From Eledone cirrhosa (Eukaryota), in the NCBI GenBank assembly GCA_964016885.1, contig OZ024742.1, positions 102,610,001 through 102,674,000 on the forward strand: a stretch of DNA of 64,000 nucleotides, written 5' to 3'. Shown here piece by piece: positions 31,955 to 44,360 of the stretch. The notes beneath the pieces were generated by a model. The model searched no databases. It saw only the letters and a list, made by a program, of their open reading frames with translations, and was not told the origin of the DNA. The number at the start of each line of letters is the position of its first letter. Position 1 is the first letter of the stretch. The position numbers and the translations under genes are program-made.

Positions 31955-32210
31955 ATTGATACCTGTGCCGCCCAAAATCATCCCAACTTCAGAATCTTTC
32001 CCCTTTACAAATTTAAAGATAATGCCACCCACACCCAGCGCATCAGCAACGAATCTTACTTTATTAACAAATACGGACCCCGTCTAAACACTTCTCCCTA
32101 AGACGAACCCACAACATACACACGTCAACATACATATCTACATCAGCACACATCTCTACCCACATATAAACACAATGACATATGTAAACACACATGTTCT
32201 ATCGTGCAAC
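31955..32210 (+). mobile_element. Penelope-like GIY-YIG C-terminal fragment
   Basis: IDTCAAQNHPNFRIFPLYKFKDNATHTQRISNESYFINKYGPRLN* matches the R..E..FI....P.LN terminus. Flanked by (TA)n. Confidence 0.7.
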
Positions 32211-32213
32211 ACA

Positions 32214-32273
<60 letters not shown>

Positions 32274-32687
32274 ATATATGTATATATATATATAGTGAAT
32301 ATCATTTCACACCTTTTATAGTTAAGGTTTTTGATGTTCTATTGAGAGCATCGATTTTACTGAAAATATCGAATAATGTACACCATTTTACCAGGGAAAA
32401 AAATACTGGTCCACCCACACACACACATATATACACACACACATACACACGCGTACATTAACATACAAAGAGACTTATACACACACACACTTCTCCGTAT
32501 AAGACAAGAGCTGAAAAATATCTTTTAACATGTTAAAATATCCCCACTCACTTACAGACACATTCCTACTGACCATCCCTCTACCACGAATTACTCTGCT
32601 ACACACACACACACACAGACTTCTCCGAAATACGCCAAAACTACACCTGATGTACCCCTTCCATACACACTCACACATCTGTGTATC

Positions 32688-32937
32688 ATAACTCGTGCAC
32701 TGTTCATTTTACTGATGTTTGTGCATTGCCCTATGTACTGTACATGCACTTTTTGATGAGTTGTGGTGCACCTGGGCACTGTACACAATATTTCATTATT
32801 ATTGTTATTATTATATCATGACTCATACACTGTTCATTTTCCTGACATTTGTACATTATTCTATGTACTATACATGCACCTTTGATGAGTTGTAGTGCAC
32901 CTGAGCACTACACAATAATTTCATTATTATTATTATT
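32688..32937 (+). mobile_element. Two tandem LINE 3' ends (L2-like) with (ATT)n tails
   Basis: 32688-32815 and 32817-32937 both read ..CACTGTTCATTTT..GATGAGTTGT(G/A)GTGCACCTG(G/A)GCACT..ACAATA(A)TTTCATTATTATT. Confidence 0.65.
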
Positions 32938-33154
32938 TTATATATAAATATCTAGTATATATAAGTATATATATATATTTATATATATACTATATATAAA
33001 TATATATAAATATATATATTTATATATATACTATATATAAATATATATCAGACGTAAAATGATGATGATGATGATATATAGTATAAATATATATACTATT
33101 ATTAATATATATAGTATATATATATATATATATAGTATATGTATATATATAGTA

Positions 33155-33227
<73 letters not shown>

Positions 33228-33760
33228 TATATAAATATATATAGTATAAATATATATTATATATAAATATATATAGTATATATATAGTGTATATAAATAT
33301 ATGTAGTATAAATATATATACTATATATATATGATGATATACATATATAAATATATATAGTATATATAGTATATATAGTATATATAAATATATATAGTAT
33401 ATATAAATATATATAGTATATATAAATATATATAGTATATATAAATATATATAGTATATATAAATATATATAGTATATATAAATATATATAGTACATATA
33501 AATATATATAGTATATATAAGTATATATAAATATATATAGTATATATAAGTATATATAAATATATATAGTATATATAAGTATATATAAATATATATAGTA
33601 TATATAAGTATATATAAATATATATAGTATATATAAGTATATATAAATATATATATATATACTATATATAAATATATATATATTTATATATATACTATTT
33701 ATAAATATTATACTATATATATCAGACGTAAAATGATGATGATGATATATATATATAGTA

Positions 33761-33805
<45 letters not shown>

Positions 33806-33975
33806 TATATAAATATATATAGTATAAATATATATTATATATAAATATATATAGTATATATATAGTGTATATAAATATATATACTATATATAAATATATA
33901 TACAATATATATGATGATATATATATATATATATATAAATATATATAGTATATATATATAGTATATATATTATTC
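32938..33975. repeat. AT-rich tract containing a 16-bp (TATATAAATATATATAG-type) minisatellite and an internal duplication
   Basis: Direct observation. ~33040-33340 recurs at ~33715-33960. Confidence 0.85.
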
Positions 33976-34020
33976 AAAATATTAACAAATAAAAAATATT
34001 CTCATAATCAAGATATATAC

Positions 34021-34082
34021 TTTATTATATATATTTGAAAGGTACTGTGTTGTTTTTTCAGTACGTCCTCATCAGACAAAAT
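34021..34082 (-). ncRNA. Degenerate hammerhead-like motif related to 17935-17990
   Basis: Minus strand: TTTGT CTGATGAG GAC GTACTG..CAGTAC CTTT CAAA TATATA (GAAA mutated to CAAA). Confidence 0.45.
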
Positions 34083-34337
34083 ATATGATTTGATATGTGA
34101 CATACCACTACGGTCTTGATTGTTCAATTCCAGTATTGGCAGTCAATATATAGTATATAAAAATATATATAGTATATGTATATATATAATATATATAAAT
34201 ATATGCAAGCGTGGAAGATGGACGTTAAACGATGATGATGATGAGTATATATAAATATATATAGTATATATATAGTATAAGTATATATATAGCTAGCACT
34301 TCTGGTTATATATAGTATATATATAGTATAAGTATAT

Positions 34338-34638
34338 ATCATCATCATCATTTTACATCCGCTTTTCCCTGCTTGCAAGGGTGGGACGGGAACTGATTCT
34401 GGCTTGATTTCTACAGCTGGATGCCCTTCCTAACACCAACCTCATTTACAGTAAGTTCTGGGTGCTTTTTTGCCGTGGCACCACCACGACCACTTTGCAG
34501 TGGAATGATAGGGAACCCAGTCCCTATCATCTCATTTCTACAGCTGAGTAAACTGGAGCAATGTGAAATAAAGTGTCTTGCTCAAGGAAACAACACATCA
34601 CCTGGTCTGAGAATTGAACTCACAACCTTTCGATTGCA

Positions 34639-34640
<2 letters not shown>
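34338..34640 (-). mobile_element. Family B SINE: tRNA-like head, GGTTGGTGTTAGGAAGGGCATCCAGCTGTAGAAA body, RTE tail with (GAT)n
   Basis: Same architecture at 38383-38642, 55605-55910 and 57564-57878. Confidence 0.85.
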
Positions 34641-34700
<60 letters not shown>

Positions 34701-34726
34701 TATATATAGTATAAGTATATATATAT

Positions 34727-37700
34727 GCGCAGCACTCCTGGTTGCTTTTCGATATGATGGATGAAGTAGGGAATTTCTGGAGAGTCAGAACAATCTGGAC
34801 ACCCGAAGACAATGCAAAAGATAACGACAAATTCACCTCATGCTGCCGGATGAAAGGGCAAGGCCCCACCCTCTTTGTTGCGGCCGCGGATGGCCAACAT
34901 AACCCCAACCCCAACCACCTCACCCCTCCCTGCACCCCACCCACCAAACGCAATCCCAAACTTCAGAGTTGGTACCATGAATGTAGGGACCTTAAAAGGC
35001 CGCTCTAACGAGGTTGTAGAAATGCTTGAACGTAAGGAGGTTGGAATCTGCTGTATCCAAGAGACCAGGTGGAGGGGCGGGTCTGCTAGATTCATTGTGG
35101 GTAAAAAATGATGCTATAAGCTTTTCTGGGTGGGAAATGACAATGGGCTGGGTGGGGTAGGAATCATGTTAGCAGAAAAATGGGTGGATAAGATAATAGA
35201 CGTACATAGAGTAAACGACAGAATAATTAAAATAAGACTTGTTCTAAATAGAACTACTGTGACGATAATATCTGCGTACGCGCCCCAATCCGGACTGCCT
35301 GGCGCCATAAAAGACAGTTTCTATGAGACACTGATGCTCACTACCTCCCAAATAACCGACAGTGACTATATAATTATTGCAGGCGACCTATATGGTCACG
35401 TTGGACAACATTGTGACGGCTATGATGGAATCCACGGAGGCTATGGATTTGGTACTAGAAATGAGGAAGGCTCCAGAATCCTGGAATTCTGTGACGCAAA
35501 TAACCTAACAATCTGTAACACTAACTTGATCACCTACAGATCAGGGGAACATACCAGCCAGGTAGATTATATCCTTACCAGAAGACGTGACAGAGTGTCT
35601 GTTGTAAACACTAAATCCCTCCCCCATGAAGAATGCACCTCCCAGCATAGACTGATAATTAGCGACCTCATAGTCAGGACGAGACGTACTCGACAGCAGA
35701 AGCGGACTATCCTCAGGAGAAAAATATGGAAGCTAAAGGACCCCACAGCCAGAAATAAATTTCAAAGCATATTACTTGATGCTTTCGACAGTAAGGAAGA
35801 GCATTTAGAGTCGTACAATATAGAGGAACAGTGGGAATTCCTGAAAGCAAACCTGCTGATGGCGGCAGACGAAGTCTGTTGCCGGAGCAGGCCTATAGGC
35901 AGGAGGTGAGTAACATGGTGGTGGAACAGTAAGGTGGAGGAGTCGATTAAGGCCAAAAAGCAGGCTTGGAAAGTATGGCGGGATGGGGGAAGTAGAGAAG
36001 ACTATCAAGTGGCCAGGAGGGAAGCTAGGAGACAAGTGTACTTTGCAAGAAGGGAAGCAGAGGAAAGAAAGTTCAAGCATGTTCTACAACGCGAGGACCA
36101 AAAACGTGAGGTGTTCAGGATTGCTAGGCAATGCGTCAAGGAAAACCGTGATATTGTTGGGGAGAAGTGTGTACTAAATGATGATGGCGTACTTGCCATC
36201 ACTGACGCTGATAAGAAGGTAGTTTGGAAGTGTCACTATGAAAGGCTACTAAATTAGGAGAATAAATGGGAGAAGGACAGTCTCCCCCACATCGACCCAA
36301 TAGAGGGACCAGCAGTGTTAGTTGAAGGTAGTATAATAAGTAAGGCAATCAAAGATATGAAGACGGGTAAGGCGGCTGGGCCTTCGGAAATAGTTGCTGA
36401 GATGCTGAAAGCCTCTGGAACGGTGGGACACACCATGGTCACCCGAATAATAAACCAAGTCATACAGAATGGGGTTGTTCCGAAGGACTGGCGTAGCAGC
36501 ATCATCATTAACTGTTACAAGGGTAAAGGAGATGCCCTAGATAGGAGTAACTATAGAGGCATTAAATTAATTGACCAGGTCATGAAGGTCACCGAAAAAG
36601 TAATAGTGCAACTAATCAGAGAGGGAATTGATCTAGATGAAATGCAGTTCGGGTTTGTGTCAGGCAAAAGTACCCCAGACGCTCTTTTCATTGTACGACA
36701 ACGACAGGAGAAGTACCTAGCTAAAAGTAAACCCCTATACTTAGCTTTTGTCGACTTGGAGAAAGCCTTCGACAGAGTCCCCCGTTCCATTATCTGGTGG
36801 GCTCTTAGAAAACTAGGTGTTGACGAATGGCTTGTGAGAGCTATACAAGCCATGTATAAAGAAACGGTCAGTAAGGTTAGAATTAACAACGAATATAGTG
36901 AAGAGTTTAGCGTAAAAGTTGGTGTTCATCAGGGCTCTGTTCTTAGCCCCCTACTATTTATTATTGCCCTTCAGGCTATAACAGTGGAGTTCAAGACCGA
37001 ATGCCCATGGGAACTCCTATACGCAGATGATCTAACGCTCATAGCTGAATCAATGGCCGAGCTAGAGAAGAAATTCCAAACATGGAAGCACGGCCTAGAA
37101 TCAAAAGGCCTTAAAATTAACCTGGCTAAGACTAAAGTTCTAGTTTGTAGGAAAGAAAATAAGGCGCCGGTCCCTTCCGGGAAATGGCCATGCTCAGTGT
37201 GTAGGACAGGCGTAGGTAGAAACTCCATTTTATGTCCCAAATGCAAAGTATGGGTGCATAAAAGATGTAGTGGGATCACAGGTAAGCTAATTAAGAACAT
37301 AGATTTTACATGTGGCCGGTGCTCTGGTGCAATAAGTAGCAGCAAGTGTCCACAAAATACTAACTCTTTCAATTGCGCGGAGGGTTCTATAGAAATAGTG
37401 GACAGCTTCCGTTACCTGGGTGACAAAATCAGCAGTGGGGAGGGTGCTCTGAAAGTACAGTAGCTAGAGTCAGAACTGGATGGAAAAAGTTCAGAGAGCT
37501 TATACCACTATTAGCCGCTAAAGGGTTCTCCCTAAAAATGAAAGGCAGGCTGTATGATGCCTGCATACGAACAGCAATGTTGCATGGCAGTGAGACCTGG
37601 GCATTGTGTGCAGAGGATATACGCAGACTAGAGAGGAACGAAGCTTGCATGCTCCGCTGGATGTGTAATAGTAATATACGCGAACGGCAAAGCATAAACG

Positions 37701-38340
37701 AACTAAGGGGAAAATTAGAAATAAGAGGGATCAGATGTTTACTCGAGAGAAGGCTACGTTGGTATGGTCACGTGATGCGCATGAAAGACGACAGCTGTAT
37801 AAAAAAGTGCAGGGCAATAAAGATAGACGGTAGCCACGGAGTAGGCAGACCCAGAAAAACCTGGGACGACCTGATAAATTCCGACCTCACACACTTACAC
37901 CTCTCCAAGACAATGTCACTGGACCGAGATCTTTGGCGGTACTCAGTAATAGAGAAGACCCGCCTTACCTGAATACAAAGTAAAACCTACTACAGTCAGT
38001 AGGCATCTCTAACAAAATACACCTCCGTCCCACCACCTCCACCCCATCCACACCACCCCTTTCAATGTAAAGTTATGTTGGTGCCACAACATCCAGGCCG
38101 AAACAAATGAGATCGTGTAGGTGTCACGACAAAAAAAACACACAGTCCACGCTGTAATGTGGCCGTGTAGGCAACACAGTAAAAACCTCCCAGCCCCACA
38201 CTGTAAATGTGGTTGGTGTTAGGAAGGGCATCCAGCTGTAGAAAACCCGCCAGCAAGATAACCACTCTTGCCTCAAGTGGGAAAACTCCCGTCCAAACCC
38301 ATGCAAGCGTGGAACATGGACGTTAAACGATGATGATGAT
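34727..38340 (+). mobile_element. Near-full-length RTE-clade LINE (APE, RT, PHD-like zinc finger), inactivated by a few stops and frameshifts
   Basis: APE motifs GTMNVGTL, CIQETRW, AYAPQ, GDLYGHVG, QVDYIL, SQHRLI. RT motifs YKGKGD..NYRGIKL, FVDLEKAFDRV, GVHQGSVLSPLLF, LLYADDL. CSVC..CPKC..VHKRC..CGRC. (GAT)n tail. AGTATAAGTATATATATAT at 34708-34726 and 38341-38359 as TSD. Confidence 0.95.
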
Positions 38341-38382
38341 AGTATAAGTATATATATATAGTATATATAAATATATATAGTA

Positions 38383-38642
38383 TCATCATCATCATCATTT
38401 TACGTCCGCTTTTCCCTGCTTGCAAGGGTGGGATGGGAACTGATTCTGGCTTGATTTCTACAGCTGGATGCCCTTCCTAACACCAACCTCATTTACAGTG
38501 AGTGCTGGGTGCTTTTTTGCCGTGGCACCTCCACAACCACGTGTCTTGTTCAAGGAAACAACACATCACTCGGTCTGAGAATTGAACTCACAACCATTCG
38601 ATTGCAAGCCCAATGCTCTAACCACTAAGCCATGTGCCTCCA
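38383..38642 (-). mobile_element. Family B SINE
   Basis: Minus-strand head GGAGGCACATGGCTTAGTGGTTAGAGCATTGGGC..GAGTTCAATTC, with RTE tail. Confidence 0.85.
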
Positions 38643-38702
38643 TGTATGTATATAGTATATATAAATATATATAGTATATGTATATATATAGTATAAGTAT
38701 AT

Positions 38703-40418
38703 CGTCATCATAATCATCATTTTACGTTCGCTTTTCCCTGCTTGCAAGTGTTGGATGGGTCCTATTCAGCACAGCATCTCTCCACTTGTCACGGTCCTTC
38801 GTCATCTCCTCGGTGAGTTTCAGCGATCTGAGGTCTGCTCTCACGACCTCCGCCCATGTTTTTTGTGGTCTTCCTCTACTGCGTCTTCCTTCTACTGGGA
38901 TTTCTTGGCACTTCTTTACCCAGCGGTTATCCTCCATGCACATCACATGTCCATACCATCTCAGCCTTCTCTCCTGCACACCACAACTTATCCCTCTTAT
39001 ACCCATTTCTTTCTCAACTCATCTATGCTTGGTCGTTCACGCACATTGACATTGCACATCCAACGGAGCATACTGGCTTCATTTCTCTCCAGCCATCGCA
39101 TATCTTCTGCAGTTGCTGCCCATGTCTCACTACCATGCAGCATCGCGCATCTCACACAGGCATCATATAACCGTCCTTTCGTACGCAGGGAGAAACCCTT
39201 CTTTGTCAACAGAGGAAGCAGCTCCCTAAACTTATTCCAACCATCCTTATTCTAGATACTATGGCCTCAGAACACCCCCTCCCATGCTAATCTGATCACC
39301 TAGGTACCGGAACTATCAACCACTTCTATAGAACCCACCTGCATTTGAAAAATGAGTCTATCACAGCGATTACTACTGCCAACTTTCCCTGTACATCTAC
39401 TGCATAGATAGTTTTCCCTACCTGTTAGTTTGCCTGCTATCCCACTATATCTCTTGTGTACCCAAGATCTGCAGTGCGTACATTTTATGGAATTTATGCC
39501 AGTTCCTTTCCTACATATCGAACATGGCCACTTCTCTGATGGAATCAGAGTATTGTCCTCTCTTCTACTTATCAACACTTTTGTTTTAGCTATGTTCACT
39601 CTCAGGCTGCTTGATTCCAACTGCTGTTTCCATGGCCAGAATTTATTCTCTAGCTCCTCTACTGATTCTGTTATAAGAACCAGATCGTCAGCATAGAGAA
39701 GTTCCCATTGACAGCCAGTCTTAAACTCCTTTGTTATGGCTTGGAGGACTATAATGAACAAGAGCGGGCTGAGGACCGAACCCTGATGTACTCCTACTTG
39801 TATCTGGAATTCCTCACTAAGCTCCATTCCTACCCTGACTTTACTGAGAGTACCTCTGTGCAAAGTTTACAGTCCTCACAAGCCATTCCTCAACACCTAG
39901 TTTCCTTAGGGACCACCAGATGACAGATTGGGGTGCCCTATCAAAAGCCTTCTCTAAGGCAACAAAGGCTAGGTATAGTGGCTTATTCTTCTCTAAGAAC
40001 CTCTCTTGTAATTGTCTCACCAAGAAGAGGGCATCTGTTGTATTTTTCCCAGGCACAAAACCAAACTGCATCTCATCTAGTTTGACCCTTTCTCTAATTA
40101 GTTGTGCTAATATCCTTTCTGCCACTTTCATAACCTGATCCATCAGTTTTATATCCAAATAATTGCTCCTCTCCAGAGCATCCCCTTTACCTTTGTAGCA
40201 ATTTATGAGAATACTGCTGCACCAGTCTTTGGGTACGACACCACCATATATAGCCTGATTGATGATGCATGCAACTAGTTTAGTGCCTACGTCCCCTGAT
40301 GCCTTCAGCATCTCAGCAACTATCCCCGACGCTCCAGCAGCCTTACCATTTTTCATTTCCTTAATCGCCTCTTGGACCTATATTCGTCAATCTCAATAGC
40401 TGGTCCCTCTGTTGGATC
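38703..40418 (-). mobile_element. 5'-truncated RTE LINE, second subfamily
   Basis: GKAAGASGIVAEMLK, YKGKGD, LAFVALEKAFDR, GVHQGSVLSPLLF, LLYADDL, CSIC..CTHC..VHKR..CSRC, RRLRWYGHV, GRPQKTW. Ends CTTGCAAGCAGGGAAAAGCGAACGTAAAATGATGA. Confidence 0.93.
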
Positions 40419-40445
40419 TCTATATATACTATATATGATAATATA

Positions 40446-40790
40446 TCATCATCATCATCATTTTATGTCCGCTTTTCCCTGCTTGCAAGGGTGGGACGGG
40501 TCTTATTCAGCACAGTATCTCTCCACTTGTCACGGTCCTTCGTCATCTCCACCGTGAGCTTCAGCGATCTGGTCTGTTCTCACCACCTCCGCCCATATCT
40601 TTCGTGGTCTACCTCTACCACGTCTTCCTTCAACTGGCATTTCCTGGCACTTCTTCACCCATCGGTCATCCTCCATGTGCATCACATGTCCATACCACCG
40701 CAGTCTCCTCTCTCACACACTACATTCTATCCCTCTCAGAGACAGTTTCTCTCTCAACACATCCATGCTGGGTCGTTCATGCATATTGAC
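40446..40790 (-). mobile_element. RTE LINE 3' fragment, same subfamily as 38703-40418
   Basis: Aligns with 38710-39055. (GAT)n tail. Confidence 0.88.
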
Positions 40791-41328
40791 AGATATACAC
40801 ACACAGAGAGCAGGGGCGGAACGAATACCATAAAGCATTCTATCCAACATTCTAATGACTGCCAATTCACTGCCCATATCTGAATTAGAACCTTCCAAAC
40901 ATTAATTTAAGCAGCAGAAAAGCCACCCATCGGGTGGTTTTCTGCTTGCATGTGTAGTGTGCATATTGCTATTATACGCAAATATATACGCATGTAGATA
41001 TCATACGTCAAATAAAATTGTAATTGAGAACATGCACAGAAATTGAAGAGAGACTGTGTTACAGTGTCTTCTGTAATCAATAAAGTAATCCATGATACAT
41101 TTAAAAAAGACAATATTATATATAAACGTTATATAACAATGCAAATATATGAACGTTTATATAAGCGATATAATATAGAGTCCATTATATCATAACCGGA
41201 AATATTGACATTTGAAAATTTTAAAAGAAGTGAATCTTGAAATAAACAATAAATTTATTTATATATAATCAAGAGTTACAAAATTTAGTACATAAATTAT
41301 GTAATATCCATTCATTATTTATTCAAAA

Positions 41329-41512
41329 TGGATTGGCAGTATCGGTAGAGGGTCAGACGCCATGCTTTGCAGCAAAGAGTTACAGCCCTTTATGGTCTGA
41401 GTTCAATTCCTGCCGAGGTTAACTTTGCCTTTCATCCTTACAGGGTCGATAAAATAAAGTACCAGTATTACACTGGGATAATTGCTGGCCTTGTGCCAAA
41501 AGTAGAAAATTA
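41329..41512 (+). mobile_element. Family A SINE, young subfamily, with 14-bp TSD
   Basis: ATTATTTATTCAAA at 41314-41327 and 41509-41522. Confidence 0.88.
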
Positions 41513-42057
41513 TTTATTCAAAGTAATCCAACTTATTTTACAAACGGGATAAAAAAATATATTCAGGACGCAGTCCCGCACTCCTCCCTTTATTATATTA
41601 TGATAATGAAAGAAATGATTTTACTAAACCTCTCCAAACTTTTAATTAATTTCCAAAATTGAAACACATTTGTATTGTATTTCATTAGGATAGCCTTGTG
41701 GTCTTCATGCAGACCTCCACCTGACCAAATATTGTTGCAGGCCACCACTGAGCTCAATGCTTGCCTATAAAGTGTCACAGAGGTAACAAGCCAAGTGAAA
41801 ACCTTCTTTTCTACCTTGCAAAGCTCTTTATTGCTAAGAACAAAGAAAAAACAAACATTTTTTCATAAATCAGTGAAGGAAGAAAATATCTTCTAAGCAA
41901 GGTTAAGACTTAAATTGATGTGTGGTACAACACCTTATTATCTATAATTAATGAAAAAGCATACCTTGAAATATTAAGGTCAAGTCTTATATTTTAATGT
42001 CACTTTGAACTTTCCTTCAGTGTCATGATCCTAGCATTGTATTTTCTTAATTAATCC

Positions 42058-42370
42058 TCATCAGCACTGTTTAATGTCTGTTTTTCATGCTTACATGGGT
42101 TAGACAGGTTCTCACATTCTGAAGCTAAACCAGCCAGATGACATGTTTAGCTCATACATTCCATTTTAGGCATGGTTTCTATGGCTGGATGCCCTTTCTA
42201 TTGTTAACCCTTTTGTAGTGTGTAGTGGAAGCATTTTATCATGGCGCCAGCAATACCACCTTACAGAGTGTACTGAGTAATTATTATCATGGCACCAACA
42301 CTATCGTTTTACAGTGTGGACTGGGAGCATTTTATTGTGGCACCACCACTATTACTTTACAGAGTGGGTT
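42058..42370 (-). mobile_element. Old RTE-tailed SINE or RTE 3'-UTR copy with ~50-bp tandem sub-repeats
   Basis: GTTTAATGTCTGTTTTTCATGCT, TTTCTATGGCTGGATGCCCTT, repeated TTACAG(A/T)GTG..TGGCACCA. Confidence 0.6.
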
Positions 42371-42415
42371 GGGAGCTAGCTGTGTAACATAAATGTATTT
42401 TAATCTTATTATTTT

Positions 42416-42763
42416 ACGCCATGCTTTGCAGCATAGTTACGTCCCTTTACGGACTGAGTTCAAATCCCGCCGAGGTTAACTTTGCCTTTCATCCTTACGG
42501 GGTCGATAGAATAAAGTACCAGTAATGCACTGGGTAATTGCTGGCCTTGTGCCTAAAGTAGAAACAATTATTTTTATATTGAATTGGCAGTATCGGTAGA
42601 AGGTTGGACGCCATGCTTTCTAGCATAGTTACGTCCCTTTACAGTCCGAGTTCAAATCCCGCCGAGGTTAACTTTGCCTTTCATCCTTACGGGGTCGATA
42701 AAATAAAGTACCAGTAATGTACTGGGTAATTGCTGGCCTTGTGCCTAAAGTAGAAACAATTAT
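42416..42763 (+). mobile_element. Tandem dimer of family A SINE (42416-42571 5'-truncated; 42584-42763)
   Basis: Both copies are nearly identical and both are followed by ATTTT(T)ATATT. Confidence 0.88.
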
Positions 42764-43367
42764 TTTATATTATTTAAAGCTATACTAGGCACTATGTTTT
42801 AATCCATTGATAAAAGTGAGTTACTTACGTTAGAAAATATATGTCAACCATGTAGAAGAGGGGAAAATTAAAAATGTGAATATGTATAGACTAAACAAAA
42901 AGAAAACAAATTTCATGTTAACATAAATTAAATGATGATGTGATGATGATGAAGCTTGTACAAGAATAAAGTAAAGATCTCAGTGTTAACCAAGAAACAC
43001 TCCCCAAAATGTGGTTTGACATTATCAACTGAGCTCACAGGACAATGACATTGCTTGTCTCTCAAAGACTAAGATTCCTTCTCGGGGTCAGACAATTCTT
43101 TGTACCTGCCTACACCTCATGAGAGTATTGCTTACATATCTGGACACACTACACACCTTTTCCAGTTTAAAAAAATATAGATATATATATTTCAACTATA
43201 ATTAGTCCTTTTACTCTGTACAAAGCTGAACCAAATAAGACAGACCTACAATGGCATACCTAATCTCATACCTGGGATGGTGTTGTTGCTATACATACAC
43301 ACAAATATCACAGACTGCATTCAAAAGAACACTTACTAATTAGGAAAAACTTAATCACCAACACAGT

Positions 43368-43772
43368 TTAACCCTTATGATACCAAACCACTCAGAACTG
43401 TTTCTGGTTCTATGAAACAGAACAACCCATTCTAAAGAGTTCCTATTTAAATTTTTTATGTACTAACTATATGCTAAGTTACTCTCTTAGTTATGAGATA
43501 ATTAATAATTTAAGTAAATCCCTTAAAATGCATCATTAATTAATTGAAATAGAATGTATTTCATTAGATATATGGCCACGAAAAGGTAAACCTTTTTAAT
43601 AGTAACCCACCCAAAACCAGGTCTGGTTTGATGAAATAAAACAAGCAATTTTTATAGGATTCCTATTTAAATTAAAACCTTCCAACATAATTTTAGTAAA
43701 TCCCTCAAAATTCTTCATTAATACATTGAAATAGAGTACATTTCATTAGAAATATGGTCATGAAAAAGTTAA
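43368..43772. mobile_element. Two tandem degenerate piggyBac-like MITEs
   Basis: TTAA|CCCTTATGATACC start, ends AAAAGGTAAA and AAAAAGTTAA. The two ~200-bp units align; an inverted terminal fragment lies at ~43965-43998. Confidence 0.5.
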
Positions 43773-44068
43773 CTTCTTGTCTTCAGTTTTCTATGTCTAT
43801 TCTATTGCTACATTTCCTCTTCTGAACTAGCTATTTACTAACTTTCCTCTATTCAAGCCAACTAGTCTTTCCCATCCTTATTTAGATGATGTTTGTAGCA
43901 TTACTTAACAAAATGTTCTTAGATAAAATAACAATTAGGTTTTAATATAAGTATGAATACTTTAAAACAGATTCAAGTGGTTTAGTATCAAAAGGGTTGT
44001 CTTGTCCTGGTTACAGTACCAGCTCAACATCATCAAGCCAGTCTAATGAATCATTTGAATCTTTAGAA

Positions 44069-44360
44069 CAGTGTTTCTCAACCGGTGTTCCCCAGAACCC
44101 TAGGATTCTGCAAGAAGTCGATAGGGGTTCCATGAAAAGTAGTGATAAATAAGCTAATGCATGTTTTAGTAATTTTTGTTTAATTTTATATTCATAATTT
44201 TACTATATATGTACGGCATATTGTTGGAAAACCCTTGGTTATTATAATGAAGACTTCAACCTCTAAAAGAGATAGATATTAATAATGGTATATAATTTTT
44301 ATGCAGAGGTTCCCTGAGACATGAAAACTATTTCAAGGGTAGAAAGGTTGAAAAATGCTG
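44069..44360. mobile_element. hAT (Charlie-like) MITE with 8-bp TSD
   Basis: TIRs CAGTGTTTCTCAACC / GGTTGAAAAATGCTG. CTTTAGAA at 44061-44068 and 44361-44368. Confidence 0.9.

Noticed and set aside
40914-40950. Rho-independent terminator
   Set aside because: Eukaryotic context with no upstream gene; kept only as an unexplained hairpin.
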